64,000 nt of DNA, taken from assembly GCF_006345805.1 (NCBI RefSeq), contig NC_043023.1:6944001-7008000 (forward strand), read 5' to 3'. Shown here piece by piece: positions 38,171 through 50,575 of the stretch. The notes under the pieces were generated by a model, which saw only the letters and a program-made list of their open reading frames with translations, searched no databases and was not told the DNA's origin. Position numbers and translations under genes: made by a program. This DNA is from Octopus sinensis. Taxonomy: Eukaryota. How positions within the stretch are numbered: the stretch's first letter is position 1; every line of letters starts with the position of its first letter.

Positions 38171-38281
38171 CCCAGCAAAAGGGGCCATTTGTGTGACACC
38201 AGTGTCTGCCATGACTGTGATTTTGCTCAGCTTGATGGGGCTTCTTTTCAAAGCACAACATAATGCCAAACGTCTGTCAGC

Positions 38282-39540
38282 GCCTCTGTGAGGCCCAACG
38301 CTTGAAAGGAACTCAGCCACTTTGCCTCTGTGAGGCCCAACGCTTGAAAGGAACTCAGCCACTTTGCCTCTGTGAGGCCCAACGCTTGAAAGGAACTCAG
38401 CCACTTGCTCTGTGAGGCCCAACGCTTGAAAGGAACTCAGCCACTTTGCCTCTGTGAGGCCCAACGCTTGAAAGGAACTCAGCCACTTTGCCTCTGTGAG
38501 GCCCAACGCTTGAAAGGAACTCAGCCACTTTGCCTCTGTGAGGCCCAACGCTTGAAAGGAACTCAGCCACTTTGCCTCTGTGAGGCCCAACGCTTGAAAG
38601 GAACTCAGCCACTTTGCCTCTGTGAGGCCCAACGCTTGAAAGGAACTCAGCCACTTTGCCTCTGTGAGGCCCAACGCTTGAAAGGAACTCAGCCACTTGC
38701 CTTGTGAGGCCCAACGCTTGAAAGGAACTCAGCCACTTGCCTCTGTGAGCCCAACGCTTGAAAGGAACTCAGCCACTTTGCCTCTGTGAGGCCCAACGCT
38801 TGAAAGGAACTCAGCCACTTTGCCTCTGTGAGGCCAACGCTTGAAAGGAACTCAGCCACTTTGCCTCTGTGAGGCCAACGCTTGAAAGGACTCAGCCACT
38901 TTGCCTCTGTGAGGCCCAACGCTTGAAGGAACTCAGCCCTTTGCCTTGTGAGGCCCAACGCTTGAAGGAACTCAGCCACTTGCCTCTGTGAGGCCCAACG
39001 CTTGAAAGGAACTCAGCCACTTTGCCTCTGTGAGGCCAACGCTTGAAAGGAACTCAGCCACTTTGCCTCTGTGAGGCCCAACGCTTGAAAGGAACTCAGC
39101 CACTTTGCCTCTGTGAGGCCCAATGCTTGAAAGGAACTCAGCCACTTTGCCTCTTGAGGCCCACACTTGAAAGGAACTCAGCCACTTTGCCTCTGTGAGG
39201 CCCAACGCTTGAAGGAACTCAGCCACTTGCCTTTGCAAGGCCCCAACACTCGAAAGAACTCAACCACTTTGCCTCTGTGAGGCCCAACGCTTGAAAGGAA
39301 CTCAGCCACTTTGCCTTCGCAAGGCCCAGCACTCGAAAGAACTCAACCACTTTGCCTCTGTGAGGCCCAACGCTTGAAAGGAACTCAGCCACTTTGCCTT
39401 CGCAAGGCCCAGCACTCGAAAGAACTCAACCACTTTGCCTCTGTGAGGCCCAATGCTTGAAAGGAACTCAGCCACTTTTGCCTCTTTGAGGCCCAACACT
39501 TGAAAGGAACTCAGCCACTTTGCTTCTGTAAGGCCCATTG
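38282..39540. repeat. 42-bp minisatellite x ~30
   Basis: Unit gcctctgtgaggcccaacgcttgaaaggaactcagccacttt. Confidence 0.95.
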
Positions 39541-39559
39541 CTCCAACAGCTCTCTTTAT

Positions 39560-40146
39560 GTGCCACCAGCATGGGTGCCTGTTACATCAACATCAGCCAT
39601 GACTAGATTTCACTTGGCTTGACTAGTCTTCTCAAGCACAGCATAATGTCACTAGTCATTGCCTCTGTGAGGTTCAAAGATCATGCTTCACCACCTCATC
39701 CCATGTCTTCTTGGGTCTACTTCTACCACAAGTTCCCTCCACAGTTATAGACCAGCACTTCTTTACACAGCTGTCTGCGTCCATATGCATCACATGACTA
39801 TACCAATGCCGTTGTCTCTCTTGCACACCACATCTAATGCCTCTTATGCCGAGCCTTTCTCTCAAGATACTTACACTCTGTCGAACATACATAGAAGCAT
39901 ACTGGCTTCATTTCTTTACAGCCTATGCATGTCCTGGGCTGTCACAGCCCATGTTTCACTGCCGTGTAGCATAGCTATTCACACACAGGTATCATACAAT
40001 CTGCCTTTCACTCTAAGAGGGAGGCCCTTCATTGCTAGCAGAGGTAGAAGCTCTCTGGACTTTGCCCAGCCTAATCTGGTTCTCACAGCTACGCTCTAGT
40101 AGCACCCCACTCCACTACTAACTTGGTCGCCCAGATAACGGAAGCT
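39560..40146 (-). mobile_element. 5'-truncated RTE LINE fragment (same family)
   Basis: ORF 39674-39892: RLGIRGIRCGVQERQRHWYSHV...GRSRPKKTWDEVVKHDL; also FRYLGDQVSSG. Confidence 0.85.
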
Positions 40147-40779
40147 ACATACACTCATAAACACATACACATGCAAACACACACAAACATACATATATAC
40201 ACATAAACACATACACACACACCACACATACATAAACTCATGCACACATAAACACACAAACAAGCACATACATACGCTCATTCAAACACATACATGCGTG
40301 CACAAACACACACAGAAACTCATACATGCATATACACACATAAACACATACATACACACAAATAAATACATATATTCATATACACACACATACACACAAA
40401 CTCATCTATTCTATAAAATCCGTTCTGTCTGTCTGTGTGTGTGTCTTCTAGGATCTCGGGCATCCTCCATCTGATTGCGCTCAAATTTGATATGTAGATA
40501 CCGATGGTATCAGGGCGTGTATAAGTCTTGAAAAACATTACAAAAATCGATTCCAGGTGAGAATGCGATCGATAAAGCTGTGGGAACATGCATTTGTACG
40601 TGCAAGTACATCAGTTGAAATCTGTCTTTTGCTAGTGTCTCAAATTTAGGTTAAATCAGTGTTTCTCAAAGGGGAGGCCTATGGGATGGTAGGGACAAGT
40701 TGTTTTGAGAAAATTTGGTTTAAATGTTTGACAACTCAGCACCGTCCATTCGACGGGAGGGGTGGGGTGGGGGCGTTTT

Positions 40780-41050
40780 GCTTGTATATACATCTTCTTC
40801 TTCTTACAGTATTCACCCGGAGTGGGTTGAGCTGGCTTCATTTATCCTCAATGCTGCATCTCTCACAAACGCCGACCAGGCCTGGCGATTTGAGGCTAAC
40901 GACCACGTGATCTCCAACCACTCCTTATTCCAGTGGTGAATGCCGTAAATATGGGGGCCTAGGTTGGGTTCCAGATCAGCCTTGACTGTCATCAGCCAGG
41001 TTTTTCAGTGTCCCCCACGACACTTTCGCCAACCCTGAAGGGCATATAAA
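40780..41050 (-). mobile_element. RTE-like LINE 3' end with (AAG)n tail
   Basis: Minus translation KTWLMTVKADLEP...LASNRQAWSAFVRDA; tail seen as cttcttctt on +. Confidence 0.55.
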
Positions 41051-41549
41051 CCCATATACACACACTCACAAACATAAGCATAAACGATTTAGCAGAAAAA
41101 AATTTCTATGGAAATTCCTGAACAAATACCTTCACTTTTCATATATTTTCTTCAAAAGCTTTCCAGACATGGCAGTCATTCTGCTGAAAATATCCAATGA
41201 GGATAAAGGGATGGACCTCCTGTACAGGGCATGGTGTAGCCGTGACATCATCAATTAAGTTAACCCCTTTTAATCCCCAGCTTGCTTGAGACTGCTTCAA
41301 GTTCTATTAACGCTAGAATTAATAATGACAAAGTTAGCTTACTAAATTCATTATTTTCAAAATTAATTGGAACAAAAGCAGGGCATTTCAACTGAAATAT
41401 GGTAACAAAAGGGTTAAAGTGATCTTAAATTAAAACTTCCTATTAAAAATTTCATGTTAATTTAAGTTCCAAAAACCAAATTAATAACGGCAAAGTTATT
41501 TTGTTAAATTCTTTATTATTCTCTAAAATTAATTGAAACAAAGTCAAGT

Positions 41550-41925
41550 CACATGGTTCCGGGTTCAGTCCCACTGCGTGGCACCTTGGGCAAGTGCCTT
41601 CTACTATAGCCTCGGGCCAACCAAAGCCTTGTGAGTGGATTTGGTAGACGGAAACTGAAAGAAGCCCGTCGTATATATGTATATATATATATATATATAT
41701 GTATGCGTGTGTGTGTTCGTGTGTCTGTATTTGCCCCCCTAGTATTGCTTGACAACCGATGCTGGTGTGTTTATGTCCCCGTTACTTAGCGGTTCGGCAA
41801 AAGAGACCGATAGAATAAGTACTGGGCTTACAAAAGAATAAGTTCCGGGGTCGAGTTGCTCGACTATAAAGGCGGTGCTCCAGCATGGCCGCAGTCAAAT
41901 GACTGAAACAAGTAAAAGAGTAGAG
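41550..41925 (+). mobile_element. SINE family A (5' truncated)
   Basis: Same consensus. Confidence 0.75.
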
Positions 41926-42811
41926 AGAGAGAGTATGGTAACAAAAGAGTTAAAGTGATCTAAATTAAAAACTTCCATCAAAACACTAGCTTAATAACGG
42001 CAATTCTTTTCTTGGATTCTTCATAAAAGTACTGGGATTGTTTCATTTGACTAAGAATTCTTTGAGGTGGTGCCCCAGCATGGCCACAGTCTAATGACCG
42101 AGACAAGTCATAGATTACCGTTTACAAAACAGAACAAGGTATCAGGTCAATCATTCTCTGTTTTATTTTCATCTTTTACTTGTTTCAGTCATTAGACCGT
42201 GGCCATGCTGGGGCACCACTTTGTAGAATTATTAGTCAAATGAATCGACCCTAGTACATTTTTTTAAAGCCTGGTACTTAAGTATTTTTTTCCAAACCGC
42301 TACGTTACGGAGACATAAAGTCACCAACACCGATTATCAAGCAGTAGTGAAGGACAAACAGACAACAGGACACACACTCGTGTGTATGGATACGTGTATA
42401 TATATATATATATATATATATCACTGGTATTTGAGTACTCTTTTTTCCACCTTGTTTCACATTTATGTGTTTTACTCCGGTATATATATATATATATATA
42501 TCATCATCATTTAACGTCCGCTTTCCATGCTGGCATAGGTTGGATGGTTTGACTGAGAACTGGCAAACCAGATGGCTGCCCCAGGCTCCAATCTGATCTT
42601 GCAGGGTTTCTACAGCTGGATGCCCTTCCTAACGCCAACCGCTCTAAGAGTGTAGTGGGTGCTTTTACGTGTCACCGGCACATGGGTCAGTCAAGCGGTA
42701 CTGGCAATGGGCACGCTCTAATGGTGCTTTTTATGTGTCACCTGCACAGGAGCCAGTCCAGCGGCACTGGTAACGACCTCACTCGAATGTTGTTTTTCAT
42801 GTGTCATATGT

Positions 42812-42978
42812 AGGCGTGGCTGTGTCGCGAGAGCTTACTTACCAACCACATGGTTCCGGGTTCATTCCCACTGCGTGGCACCTTGGGCAAGTGTCTTCTA
42901 CTATAGCCTCGGACTGACCAAATCCTTGTGAGTGGATTTGGTAGACGGAAACTGAAAGAAGCCCGTCATATGTATATA

Positions 42979-43029
<51 letters not shown>

Positions 43030-43232
43030 ATATGTTTGTGCGTCTGTACCCCTCACTATTGCTTGACAACCGATTTTGGTGTATTTACATTGCCGTAAGT
43101 TAGCGGTTCAGCAAAAGAGACCAATAGAATAAGTACTAGGCTTACAAAAAATAAGCCCTGGGGTCGATTTATTTGACTAAAGGCAGTGCTCCAGCATGGC
43201 CACAGTCAAACGACAAAAAAATAAAACAATAA
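42812..43232 (+). mobile_element. SINE family A
   Basis: Same consensus. Confidence 0.75.
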
Positions 43233-43252
43233 AGTATATACACACATATACT

Positions 43253-43284
<32 letters not shown>

Positions 43285-43385
43285 ATCAATATAGGGTGGC
43301 AAAAAAAAAATTTTGTAGAATTTTTTTGCCACCAGCGGCCTAGTGGGAAAAAATTAAATAGTCATAGACCATTTTTAAGTTCAAC

Positions 43386-43650
43386 ATCAACAATCAAGGA
43401 ACGGCCATAATAGGCCATTCACCCACTAGAAATAACAGCCAAAGCTTCAACCGCAAATAAAAGTTAATTCCATAAACCAGGAGAAAATTTAAAAAACATT
43501 TACCCTGTAATTTCTTATACGTATAAGAAATTACAGGGTAAATGTTTTTAAATTTTCTCCTGGTTTATGGAATTAACTTTTATTTGCGGTTGAAGCTTTG
43601 GCTGTTATTTCTAGTGGGTGAATGGCCTATTATGGCCGTTCCTTGATTGT

Positions 43651-43654
<4 letters not shown>
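43386..43654. repeat. Near-perfect zero-spacer palindrome (~134-bp arms)
   Basis: Centre cttatac|gtataag at 43520/43521; the arms differ by about one base in a homopolymer. Confidence 0.95.
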
Positions 43655-43697
<43 letters not shown>

Positions 43698-44781
43698 CAT
43701 ACACATGCACATATGCATACACACATGATAGGCTTCTTTCAGTTTCTGTCTATCAAGTCCACTGACAAGGTCAGTTCGAGTCTGTAGTAGAAGACACTAG
43801 GCCAAGGTGCCATGCAGTAGGACTGAACCTGGAACCATGTAGTTGGGAAGCAAACTTCTTGCCATAAAGCCACACCTGTGCCTTACTGTAGTTATAATTT
43901 TTTTTTTGCTTTCTCAATTCAATATATATACTTACAGACATGATCACCATCCTAATATATATATATACACACACACATGCACATCTGCTACGTTAGCATT
44001 TACGTATGTGTTTAGGATATTGCGTTGCTTGACAAGGCCACAGGAAGCCACTCCAAAGCGTCCCTTTCCTCCGAGTGAGCTGTCCTGTGTTACATCTATG
44101 AAAGAGGTGTGTTTCACAAAAGAGGAAATTAGGAGAAATATATAATTTCATTGATTGTGGTAGATTCTTAAACGGGTAATTAATTGCAATACATATATTG
44201 CATGTATGTAGATATATATATTATATATATATATATATAATATATATATATATACACATACATACACATGCACATATGCATACACACATGATAGGCTTCT
44301 TTCAGTTTCTGTCTATCAAGTCCACTGACAAGGTCAGTTCGAGTCTGTAGTAGAAGACACTAGGCCAAGGTGCCATGCAGTAGGACTGAACCTGGAACCA
44401 TGTAGTTGGGAAGCAAACTTCTTGCCATAAAGCCACACCTGTGCCTTACTGTAGTTATAATTTTTTTTTTGCTTTCTCAATTCAATATATATACTTACAG
44501 ACATGATCACCATCCTAATATATATATATACACACACACATGCACATCTGCTACGTTAGCATTTACGTATGTGTTTAGGATATTGCGTTGCTTGACAAGG
44601 CCACAGGAAGCCACTCCAAAGCGTCCCTTTCCTCCGAGTGAGCTGTCCTGTGTTACATCTATGAAAGAGGTGTGTTTCACAAAAGAGGAAATTAGGAGAA
44701 ATATATAATTTCATTGATTGTGGTAGATTCTTAAACGGGTAATTAATTGCAATACATATATTGCATGTATGTAGATATATA

Positions 44782-44810
<29 letters not shown>
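43655..44810. repeat. 563-bp direct tandem duplication bounded by (TA)n
   Basis: Identical ORFs at 43771/44334 and 43843/44406. Confidence 0.95.
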
Positions 44811-44816
<6 letters not shown>

Positions 44817-45418
44817 CTTTTACTCTTTTACTTGTTTCAGTCAATTGACTGTGGCCATGCTGGAGCACTGCTTTTAGTTGAGCAAATCGACCCCAGGACT
44901 TATTCTTTGTCAGCCTAGTACTTATTCTATCAGTCTCTTTTGCTGAACCGCTAAGTTACGGGGACTAAAGGCGGTGCCCCAGCATGGCCACTGTCAAATG
45001 ACTGAAACAAGTTAAAAGAATATATATACATCCCCCTCTCTCTCTCTTTCTCTGCTTCTCTCTTCTCTCTCTCTCTCTCTATTTCTCTCCTTCCCTCTTT
45101 CTCTCTGCTCATGTCTTTGGCCATATTTCTCTTTATGCATACGAGGAAAGCAGAAAGTGTTTGTATTAATCAGTCAATCATGTTCAATTAAGAAATTCTA
45201 ACATCTTTCACCTTCTCTCGACCTATATACATGTGTGTGTGTGTGTGTTTTCCTCCAGTGCCAAAAAGTACTTTTGCCAAAGCAGGCTGAGTGTCCAAAA
45301 CGCTGGACCGAAGGTAGGGACCCAGATGCTGCCCTCCCTCCAACCCATGCAGGTCCTATATTTTTAAAGATGATTCTTGTACACTCACCGTTTGACTTCT
45401 TTTTCTCTGTCTTTCTAG

Positions 45419-45509
45419 GCTTCTGATGAAGCATCTCTACGAGGCCTGGAGGCCCTGATGACCGAGTTCTTTGCGGTGGCCACCACAAACAGCAGGAAAC
45501 GAGAAATTG
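45419..45509 (+). CDS. XPO6: XPO6 exon 2 (91 nt)
   Basis: ctttctag|...|gtatgt. ASDEASLRGLEALMTEFFAVATTNSRKREI matches human (M)ASEEASLRALESLMTEFF...TTNERKREI (recalled). Confidence 0.93.
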
Positions 45510-45552
45510 GTATGTCCGCATCGTCTTTTCTGTTATACTACTTTGTATTGTA

Positions 45553-46642
45553 GTGTGTGTGTGTGGTTGTGAGTGTTTTGCTTTTGTGCTTGTATGTGTG
45601 TGTGTGTGTTCGTGTTTGTATGTGCTTCTGTGTGTGTGTCTATGTGTTTGCATGTGGTTGTGTGTGTATATGTGTGTCTATGTTTGTGTTTCTATGTGCT
45701 TTTGTGTGTGTGTGTGTGTGTGTCTATGTTTGTGTTTCTATGTGCTTTTGTGTGTGTGTGTGTGTGTGTGTCTATGTTTGTGTTTCTATGTGCTTTTGTG
45801 TGTGTGTGTGTGTGTCTATGTTTGAGTTTCTATGTGCTTTTGTGTGTGGTGTGTGTGTGTCTATGTTTGTGTTTCTATGTGCTTTTGTGTGTGTGTGTGT
45901 GGTGTGTCTATGTTTGTGTTTCTATGTGCTTTGTGGTGTGTGTGTGTGTGTGTCTATGTTTGTGTTTCTATGTGCTTTTGTGTGTGTGGTGTGTGTGTCT
46001 ATGTTTGTGTTTCTATGTGCTTTTGTGTGTGTGTGTGTGTGTCTATGTTTGTGTGTTTCTATGTGCTTTTGTGTGTGTGTGTGTGTGTGTCTATGTTTGT
46101 GTTCTATGTGCTTTTGTGTGTGTTTGTGTGTGTGTCTATGTTTGTGTTCTATGTGCTTTTGTGTGTGTGTGTTGTGTGTCTATGTTTGAGTTTCTATGTG
46201 CTTTTGTGTGTGTGTGTGTGTGTGTCTATGTTTGTGTTTCTATGTGCTTTTGTGTGTGTGTGTGTGTGTGTCTATGTTTGTGTTTCTATGTGCTTTTGTG
46301 TGTGTGTGTGTGTGTGTGTCTATGTTTGTGTTTCTATGTGCTTTTGTGTGTGTGTGTGTGTGTCTATGTTTGTGTTTCTATGTGCTTTTGTGTGTGTGTG
46401 TGTGTGTGTCTATGTTTGTGTTTCTATGTGCTTTTGTGTGTGTGTGTGTGTGTGTCTATGTTTGTGTTTCTATGTGCTTTTGTGTGTGTTTGTGTGTGTG
46501 TCTATGTTTGTGTTCTATGTGCTTTTGTGTGTGTGTTTGTGTGTCTATGTTTGTGTTTCTATGTGCTTTTGTATGTGTTTGTGTGTGTGTCTATGTTTGT
46601 GTTTCTATGTGCTTTTGTGTGTGTGTGTCTATATGTTTGTGT
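45553..46642. repeat. Compound minisatellite: ~26-bp core ctatgtttgtgtttctatgtgctttt alternating with variable (GT)n
   Basis: Direct reading. Confidence 0.9.
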
Positions 46643-46644
46643 GA

Positions 46645-46865
46645 ACTGGCAGAGACGTTAGCACGCCGGGGGAAATGCGTAGCCCTATTTCGTCTGCCAT
46701 TACGTTCTGAGTTCAAATTCCACCGAGGTCGACTTTGCCCTTCATCCTTTCGGGGTCAATAAATAAAGTACCAGTTACGCACTGGGGTCGATGTAATCGA
46801 CTTAATCTCTTTGTCTGTCCTTGTTTGTCCCCTCTGTGTTTAGCCCCTTGTGGGCAGTAAAGAAA
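46645..46865 (+). mobile_element. tRNA-derived SINE family B (MetaSINE-like core); other copies at ~170-395(-), 9825-10020(-), 26870-27050(+), 48040-48265(-), 51500-51710(+), 57905-58350(+, two), 58750-58970(+)
   Basis: ctggcagaa.cgttagcacgccgg head, gagttcaaattcc B box, gcctttcatcctttcggggtcgataaa..agtaccag core. Confidence 0.75.
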
Positions 46866-47140
46866 TATATATGTTTGTGTTTGCATGCGCTTTTGTATAT
46901 GTTTGCGTGTGGTTCTGTGTGTACATGTTTGCTTACCATACAGCCAATCCTATGCCTTATATGATGGACTTCATTCAATTTCCATATACGATATCTGCAT
47001 GTCTTTGGTTGGTCTAGGGCCATAGAAGAAGACACTTGCCCAAGGTGCCATGCAGTGAGACGGAACCCAAAACCATGTGGTTGAGAAGCAAGCTTCATAC
47101 CACACAGCCATGCTTTCTTCAATATATATATATATATATA

Positions 47141-47545
47141 TAGGCGCAGGAGTGGCTGTGTGGTAAGTAGCTTGTCTACTAACCACATGGTTCCGGGTTC
47201 AGTCCCACTGCGTGGCACCTTGGGCAAGTGTCTTCTGCTATAGCCTCAGGCCGACCAAAGCCTTGTGAGTGGATTTGGTAGACGGAAACTGAAAGAAGCC
47301 CATCGTATATATGTATATATATTTATAAATGCGTGTGTGTGTTTGTGTGTCTGTGTTTGTTCCCCTAGCATTGCTTGACAACCGATGCTGATGTGTTTAT
47401 GTCCCTGTCACTTAGCAGTTCGGCAAAAGCGACCAATAGAATAAGTACTGGGCTTACAAAAGAATAAGTCCCGGGGTCGAGTTGCTCGATTAAAGGCGGT
47501 GCTCCAGCATGGCTGCAGTCAAATGACTGAAACAAGTAAAAGAGT
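47141..47545 (+). mobile_element. SINE family A
   Basis: Same consensus. Confidence 0.8.
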
Positions 47546-48470
47546 ATATAGGCTCTTGATATTTTCCCTGTCTTGTCACTGGATCATGGAGAGGGACTGT
47601 GTGATGATGTACAAACCTTATTGGACCTAAAACTTTAGGTTGAGCAATCGATGAGGAGAGCAACTTTCTGATGCCTAATCGAGTTGGTTGGCATAACAAC
47701 TTACACAGAAGCCATGGGTTCTCAAGCCTGGGTTAAGCCAATGCAGGTGCAATAACCTTATGCACAGGTGTTGCTGACATTCTACATGGGTATGAGCCAT
47801 TGAAGGTCTTTTTTGGTCATGACTGGACAGCCATCGTGTGTGTGTATGTGTGTGAAAAGCATAGGAGTGGCTGTGTGGTAAGTAGCTTGCTTACGAACCA
47901 CATGGTTCCGGGTTCAGTCCCACTGCATGGCACCTTGGGCAAGTATCTTCTATTATAGCCTCGGGCCAACCAAAGCCTTTTGAGTGGATTTGGTTTGATG
48001 GAAACTGAAAGAAGCCTGTCGTATATATGGATATATATTTCTTTACTACCCACAAGGGGCTAAACACAGAGGGGACAAACAAGGACAGACAAACGGATTA
48101 AGTCGATTACATCGACCCCCCAGTGCGTAACTGGTACTAAATTCATCGATCCTGAAAGGATGAAAGGCAAAGTCGACCTCGGCGGAATTTGAACCCAGAA
48201 CGTAACGGCAGACGAAATACGGCTACGCATTTCGCCTGGTGTGCTAACGTTTCTGCCAGCTCACCGCTGTATATATGTATATATATATGTCAGTCCAAAG
48301 CTATAGAAGACACTTGCGCTAGGTGCCATGCAGTGGGACTGAACCCAGAACTATGTGGTTGAGAAGCAAGATTCTTACCACACAGCCACACTTGTTTATA
48401 TTTATGTATGTATATATATGTTTATATTCATGTATGTATATACTGTTGAAACCCTTTTGTTTCTTTGCAG

Positions 48471-48583
48471 AGGAATTACTAAACATTTTCAGCCAAACAC
48501 AGGACTCCTGGAAACATTGTCTGTTTTACATGGCAAATACACAGAATGAATATGTCATCATGTTCTGCTTAACTGTACTGGAG
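48471..48583 (+). CDS. XPO6: XPO6 exon 3 (113 nt)
   Basis: ttctttgcag|...GAG|gtaagt. EELLNIFSQTQDSWKHCLFYMANTQNEYVIMFCLTVLE (importin-beta N-terminal domain). Confidence 0.93.
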
Positions 48584-48689
48584 GTAAGTACACATCAACC
48601 CTACCTACCTAACTAGCACTCCTAGAAATAGCAGCTAACTGCCTCCCGTCCCATTCCTTCCCCCCTCGCTTTAATATCTTTGCTGGCCT

Positions 48690-49332
48690 CCGTGCCGGTG
48701 GCACGTAAAAAGCACCATCCGAGCGTGGCCGTGCACCAGCCTCGTCTGGCACCTGTGTAGGTGGCACATAAAAAGCACCCACTAAACTCACGGAGTGGTT
48801 GGCGTTAGGAAGGGCATCCAGCCGTAGAAACACTGCCCGATCTGACTGGCCTGGTGCAGCCTTCGGGCTTCCCAGACCCCAGTTAAACCGTCCAACCCAT
48901 GCCAGCATGGAAAGCGGATGTTAAACGATGATGATGATGATGAAAATGCTTGCAAAGACCTGTTGAGGCAAGTGAAATCGAAATTGAAATCGCTCAAAAT
49001 CAATGGAAATTGTAATTGTGATACCAGTGCCGGTGGCACGTAAAAGAACCATCCGAACATGGCTGTTGCCAGCGCCGCCCCGACTGGCCTCTGTGCCGGT
49101 GGCATGTAAAAAGCACCGACCGATCATGGCCGTTGCCAGCCTTGCCTGGCACGTAAAAAGCACCGCTACACTCATGGAGTGGTTGGCGTTAGGAAGAGCA
49201 TCCAGCTGTAGAAACACTGCCAGGTCAGACTGGGCCTGGTGCAGCCTCCTGGCTTCCCAGACCCTAGTCGAACTGTCCAACCCATGCCAGCATAGAAAAC
49301 GGACGTTAAACGATGATAATGATGATAATGAA
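48690..49332 (+). mobile_element. Two head-to-tail RTE 3'-UTR copies with (GAT)n tails
   Basis: Both end ...ccatgccagcat.gaaa.cggacgttaaacgatgat (~48943 and ~49330). Confidence 0.75.
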
Positions 49333-49457
49333 ATGACAAATTGAATAATAGAGTTGGATATCAAATCAAGAGAAATTGCACCGATATCATTTCTAATATT
49401 TGGGGTACTTTATTTAACCCTCTAGCATTCAGACTACTCTGTCAAATGTAATGCTTA

Positions 49458-49971
49458 CCGTAAATCCTCAAGTATAATCCACATTTTTTCCCCTCAAAAT
49501 TTAAAGGTCAAAATCCCTAGTGCGTACTATATACGAGGTTAAAAATCAAAATTATTTTCTAAACAATGTCCGAGTCTCTATTTGCTGTCTGGCAATGTTT
49601 ATTCAGACGCATTTTGTGATGTCAGGCGTAAAAATACCTTAAGCTAAGCCTGAAAGCAATGAAGTCATAAAAGAATCATCCATAACTTGCAGTAAGCAAC
49701 ATTTATTAAACGTTGTTACTGTTATTTCTTTATTTTCTGCAAACAAAATGCACAAAAATGCTACACGTTTGTATTATGTTATATATACAATAATAATAAA
49801 GGACGTTACCATATACATTTTTACAAACCAAGGACGTTATATAGACCTCCTTGACTCAAGTTAGAGAAGGGGTATGTATTGTACACAAGGTTTAGGCATT
49901 TCAGAGGTACAGCCCCTTGAAAATCCCCTGCGTATCATACTCAAGGGCGGACTATACTCAAGGATTTACGG
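49458..49971 (+). mobile_element. Tc1/pogo-type MITE (copy 1)
   Basis: TIRs CCGTAAATCCTCAAGTATAATCC / GGACTATACTCAAGGATTTACGG; TA at the left end. Confidence 0.75.
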
Positions 49972-50154
49972 TTGGGGCGAAGAGTACAACAAGGGTCGCC
50001 ACCATCCCCTGCCGGAGCCTCGTGGAGCTTTTAGGTGTTTTTGCTCAATAAATACACACAACGCCTGGTCTGGGAATTTAAACCTCGATCCTCCAACTGC
50101 AAGTTTGCTGCCCTAACCACGGTGCCATTGCGCCTCCACAGCATAAAAAAGTGC

Positions 50155-50575
50155 TGAGCTCTAACTGTGGAGGGTACCTGTGGGAGGGAGATATGAGATG
50201 AAGTGGTGAGAGAGGATCTTCGGATGCTGGGCTTCCCTGAGGAAATGATAAGGGATCAGGAGATGTGGCGATGTGCTGTACTTGATAAGACATGTCAAGC
50301 TAAGTAAAACCAGTCTTCTACACATACTGGCTTGTCCTTTCTGGAGACGGTGCCACTTAAAAAGCACCTGTGTCGGTGCTGCGTTAACGCACCTGTGTGA
50401 GTGGTATGTAAAAGGCACCCAGCACACTCTGTTAAATGGCTGGCTTTAGGAAGGGCATCTAGCCGTACAAACCATGCCTCAACAGACAGCTGGAGCCTGG
50501 ACAGCTAGCCATCTACATGTCAAACCGTCCAACCCATGCCAGCATGGAAAGCGGACGTTATATGATAATAATAAT
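50155..50575 (+). mobile_element. 5'-truncated RTE copy (ORF2 end, 3' UTR, tail)
   Basis: LTVEGTCG...DEVVREDLRMLGFPEEMIRD, followed by the ggacgtta-tail terminus. Confidence 0.75.

Noticed and set aside
45553-46762. Cys/Val-rich ORFs (also 240-785, 3349-3702, 33005-33475, 61300-61837)
   Set aside because: Translations of (GT)n/(TA)n microsatellites.
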